A DNA stretch of 36,640 bases from a virus. Its lineage: Duplodnaviria; Caudoviricetes. Location of the stretch: the IMG/VR virus record IMGVR_UViG_3300025015_000347, positions 1 through 36,640 of that record. The stretch is one strand, 5' to 3'. The notes under the pieces are model-generated. The model made no database searches and was not told the origin of the DNA. It worked only from the letters and a program-made list of their open reading frames with translations. The position numbers were made by a program, and so were the translations under genes. Positions 33,985 through 36,640 of the stretch are shown piece after piece; within the stretch, counting starts at the first letter, position 1; each line of letters opens with the position of its first letter.

Positions 33985-34439
33985 CACGTTCCTTTCTTTT
34001 TTCGCCCGAACAGAGTCCTCAAGCCACGTTCTGGCTTGGTTTCCTTGACCAAAGACGGTTTTGGTTCTTGAGCCAAGTCTGGCAACACGGGCGATTCAGG
34101 CTCTGTCTGTTTTACCCCGGTTGCTTTCCTCTTAACCGGGGCTTTCCGGCTTGTTTCCGCTGGGATCTTACCCGTGGGGAGCAACCTACAACACGAAGTC
34201 ATTGCTGATTGCTCGAAAATCTCGACCGTGTCGGGCACCCCGTCTGAATTGCAGTCAAACCCGAGGTTCAACTCGAACTGATTGAGGGCGGAGATAATCA
34301 TATCCCGTTCCTGAATCATTGCCTCTGGGAGTGCCGCAGTCCCCTGACGGTATCTAAACTCTACGGTCAGAAGCCGTTTGATGGCCTCCCCGACTCCCAT
34401 TCGGACCTGACGGGGTTGATCTAGTAGTGGTTCAGACAT
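33984..34439 (-). CDS. Hypothetical protein with DxNxDG Ca-binding-like loop, 151 aa
   Basis: Start reassigned to ATG 34439 (SD GGGAGG); DCNSDGVPDTVE; basic low-complexity tail. Confidence 0.7.
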   Translation of the reverse strand: MSEPLLDQPRQVRMGVGEAIKRLLTVEFRYRQGTAALPEAMIQERDMIISALNQFELNLGFDCNSDGVPDTVEIFEQSAMTSCCRLLPTGKIPAETSRKAPVKRKATGVKQTEPESPVLPDLAQEPKPSLVKETKPERGLRTLFGRKKKGT

Positions 34440-34487
34440 GTGCCCTCCCGAAAGGACATGCTGATAGACAGAATACCACCGAGAGAG

Positions 34488-34515
34488 GGTGGGGGAATCA
34501 AGAGATCCCCCCACC
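34488..34515 (-). terminator. Hairpin downstream of the fibre gene, possible terminator
   Basis: GGTGGGGG...CCCCCACC stem 17 nt after the stop; followed by a pyrimidine tract (CTCTCTC), not a clean U-run. Confidence 0.45.
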
Positions 34516-34532
34516 TGTTAGAAACTGCCAGA

Positions 34533-36640
34533 TTAGGCGTTGGTGGCGATGTACTGAGGCTGGTAGATGATCGAGTCCGCTGTCGAATCATAGACAAACC
34601 CAACACGGAAGACCACTGAACCAGAAGCAGAAGGAGCCACATTTGTGACGCCACCTGCCGTTGCCGTATCCAGGTAAAGAACCACACCTGGAGTCAGTGC
34701 TGCCAGGTCTGTGCTCAAGACAGCCTTGGAACCGAAGAAGTTCATGATCTTGACAGTTGCGTCTGCGCTTCCACCGACCACGCAGATACCCATGACATTC
34801 TTGCGCGGAGCGTTTGCATGATCCGCTTCCGCCTTGTATGCCTTGGGCGAACCCGCCGCGTTGTCAATGCACACGATGTTACCAGCAGCGAGAGTTTCAC
34901 CTGCCGTTGCCGTGTAGGTCGTGATGTAGCCCGCCTCTGCCAGGATCTCCATACTTCCCGCAGTTGCCTTGACCTGAACCGCGTCTGCACCAGTTCCTGA
35001 CGATGACAGCACGAGGCTGGCATTGTAGGCACCAGTTACTGCGATGGTCAGATCGTCGGCATCCGCAGTTGCTGCCAAGGTCAGGTTCGAAGGAGCACCG
35101 ATGGCGTCAATCGAGATTGCGCCACCGTCTGTTGTATCGAGAGTCAAGCCGCCCGTGCCAGCGTTGATATCGACACCACCAGCTGCGTTGGTTGAACTGA
35201 TTGTCACCGCGTCTACAGCTGCTTCACCACCCTGGACAAGCACAGAGCCAGCAGACGAAGAAAGGGTCAGGTCCACGGCTCCCGTAACCGTGAAGTTGGA
35301 AGCCGCTGTGGAATCGAGGCTGATTGCCCCAGTGGAGTCCACCGTGATGCCACCGAGCAAAGAGTCGATGTCAACACCACCATTTGCACCACTTGCGTTG
35401 ATGCGAACTGCATCCGCCGCCGATTCACCGCCCTGAACGACAACCGACCCCAGGGTTGTGTAGAGCGTCAGATCAAACGCTCCCGTAACCGTGAAGTTGG
35501 AGGCTGCCGCGGAATCGAGGCTGATTGCCCCCGTGGTGTCAACCGTGATCCCGTTGGTACCAGCATTGACATCAATGCCGCCCGATGCAGCAGTTGCCGT
35601 AATTGCTACTGCATCAACCCCGGTCCCACTCGATGTAAGCACGAGGCTGGCATTGAAGTCTCCAGCAACCGCGATGGTCAAGTCGTCCGCATCCGCAGTC
35701 GCTGTGAGCGTGATGTTGGACGGTGCCCCAATGGCGTCAATACTTATTGCACCACCATCCTGGGTATCCAACGTGATATCCCCGACAGTTGCCTGCATGA
35801 TAACGCCAGACCCGGACCCAGTGAGCACCAAAGCACCTGCGGCAGTCGCGTACACATCACCAGAGGTTTCCGTGTACAAAGAAAGGTCAGCACCCGTCAC
35901 ATGGAAGTACGAGGCACCAGCAGCATCAAGCTGAATGACCCCAGTCACGTCGGCTGTGAAAGCAGAGCCTGTCACAATAACAGATTCTACTGATGCCAGT
36001 GTAATGTCCCCAGCAACACCTGTGGTAAGTGCAATCGGACCACCAGCAGTGTCCAATGCGAAACCACCTGTGCCAGTATCAATGTCCACCCCACCGGCTG
36101 CGTTGGATGCATTCAGGTAGATGGCATTAACCGCTGCCTCACCACCCTGGATGTTGACCGAACCCACAGTTGAGTAGAGGGTCAGATCAAACGCTCCCGT
36201 AACCGTGAAATTGGAAGCTGCGGCGGAGTCAATGCTGACTGCCCCAGTAGAATCAATTGTGATTCCACCCGTGCCAGAATCAATATCAACACCACCAGTG
36301 CTTGCCGCTGCCAAACCAATGATCTTGACCGCATCCACTCCAGTTCCAGTAGATGACAGCACGAGGCTGGAGTTGTTGGTTCCCGTGACCGCAACAGTCA
36401 AGTCATCTGCATCCGCAGTCGAAGCCAGGCTGAAGTTTGACGGTGCCCCGATAGCATCAATCGAGATTCCACCACCATCCGTGGTGTCAATCGTGACCCC
36501 ACCAGTGCCAGCGTTTACGTCAATACCACCGGCTGCATTAGAAGCATTCAGGTAGATGGCATTGACTGCCGCTTCCCCGCCCTGGATATTGACTGAACCC
36601 GCAGTTGAGTAGAGGGTCAAGTCAAACGCTCCCGTAACCG
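34533..36640 (-). CDS. Repetitive beta-helical fibre/spike-like structural protein with C-terminal decoration-like domain (open at the right edge)
   Basis: Frame is open to base 36640. Recurring modules (SNFTVTGAFDLTLYS.GSV..QGGEAA; ISIDAIGAPSN..L.ATADADDLT), Gly/Ala/Thr/Asp-rich. C-terminal TAGETLAAGNIVCI...LTPGVVLYL...RVGFV domain. Confidence 0.8.
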   Translation of the reverse strand, partial: VTGAFDLTLYSTAGSVNIQGGEAAVNAIYLNASNAAGGIDVNAGTGGVTIDTTDGGGISIDAIGAPSNFSLASTADADDLTVAVTGTNNSSLVLSSTGTGVDAVKIIGLAAASTGGVDIDSGTGGITIDSTGAVSIDSAAASNFTVTGAFDLTLYSTVGSVNIQGGEAAVNAIYLNASNAAGGVDIDTGTGGFALDTAGGPIALTTGVAGDITLASVESVIVTGSAFTADVTGVIQLDAAGASYFHVTGADLSLYTETSGDVYATAAGALVLTGSGSGVIMQATVGDITLDTQDGGAISIDAIGAPSNITLTATADADDLTIAVAGDFNASLVLTSSGTGVDAVAITATAASGGIDVNAGTNGITVDTTGAISLDSAAASNFTVTGAFDLTLYTTLGSVVVQGGESAADAVRINASGANGGVDIDSLLGGITVDSTGAISLDSTAASNFTVTGAVDLTLSSSAGSVLVQGGEAAVDAVTISSTNAAGGVDINAGTGGLTLDTTDGGAISIDAIGAPSNLTLAATADADDLTIAVTGAYNASLVLSSSGTGADAVQVKATAGSMEILAEAGYITTYTATAGETLAAGNIVCIDNAAGSPKAYKAEADHANAPRKNVMGICVVGGSADATVKIMNFFGSKAVLSTDLAALTPGVVLYLDTATAGGVTNVAPSASGSVVFRVGFVYDSTADSIIYQPQYIATNA

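Larger units (their letters stand above)
1..36640. mobile_element. Large tailed phage (myovirus) genome segment, virion morphogenesis module with accessory insertions
   Basis: Co-oriented sheath, tube, chaperone, tape-measure, neck and fibre-like genes, mixed with typical large-phage accessory genes (ThyX, RNA ligase, SPFH, GIY-YIG homing endonuclease, intein). No bacterial housekeeping operon is present. Confidence 0.9.

Noticed and set aside
34533-36640. CRISPR array or DGR template/variable repeats
   Set aside because: Repeats are in-frame protein modules with mainly synonymous divergence; no constant repeat-spacer period, no adenine-specific variation noticed, and no reverse transcriptase or cas gene.
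1-36640. Stop-codon reassignment (alternative genetic code) as in some large phages
   Set aside because: Long conserved genes are intact in the standard code, and TAA, TAG and TGA all end genes at plausible positions.
1-36640. tRNA or rRNA genes
   Set aside because: No cloverleaf with a T-loop motif or rRNA-like segment was seen in the intergenic gaps by eye; tRNAscan-SE would be the definitive check.

Overview
A 36.6-kb segment of a large (probably jumbo) myovirus genome in the standard genetic code, with most genes on the minus strand. It covers the virion morphogenesis region. From right to left: a repetitive beta-helical head/tail fibre gene (runs off the right edge), small decoration-like, DUF3467-like and DUF1360-like genes, a head-tail adaptor, and an accessory patch (thyX, two GIY-YIG nucleases, an SPFH lipoprotein, a holin-like gene). 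Next come an intein-containing head-closure/neck protein, an HK97-gp10-like neck protein, an actin-fold ATPase, a tail-completion protein, an FmdB-like Zn-ribbon protein, a free-standing GIY-YIG homing endonuclease and a giant 1770-aa tail sheath. A ~6.3-kb accessory island (MerR + VIT-vWA; RNA ligase + P-loop kinase) separates sheath from tail tube, followed by two paralogous tail-assembly-chaperone-like genes and a tape-measure gene that runs off the left edge. Best leads: (1) three dispersed proteins built as interchangeable helical 'leader' + K/R-x-A + cargo domain, suggesting an undescribed capsid-targeting/processing signal; (2) an actin-like ATPase translationally coupled inside the neck/tail operon; (3) an autoregulated, leaderless MerR-VIT-vWA cassette back-to-back with an RNA-repair pair; (4) an intein carrying an extra AP2/integrase-arm-like domain, inserted in a neck Zn finger; (5) recurring intergenic promoter-like motifs of two or three classes. 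All functional calls come from motif recognition by eye and gene order; no database search was run.
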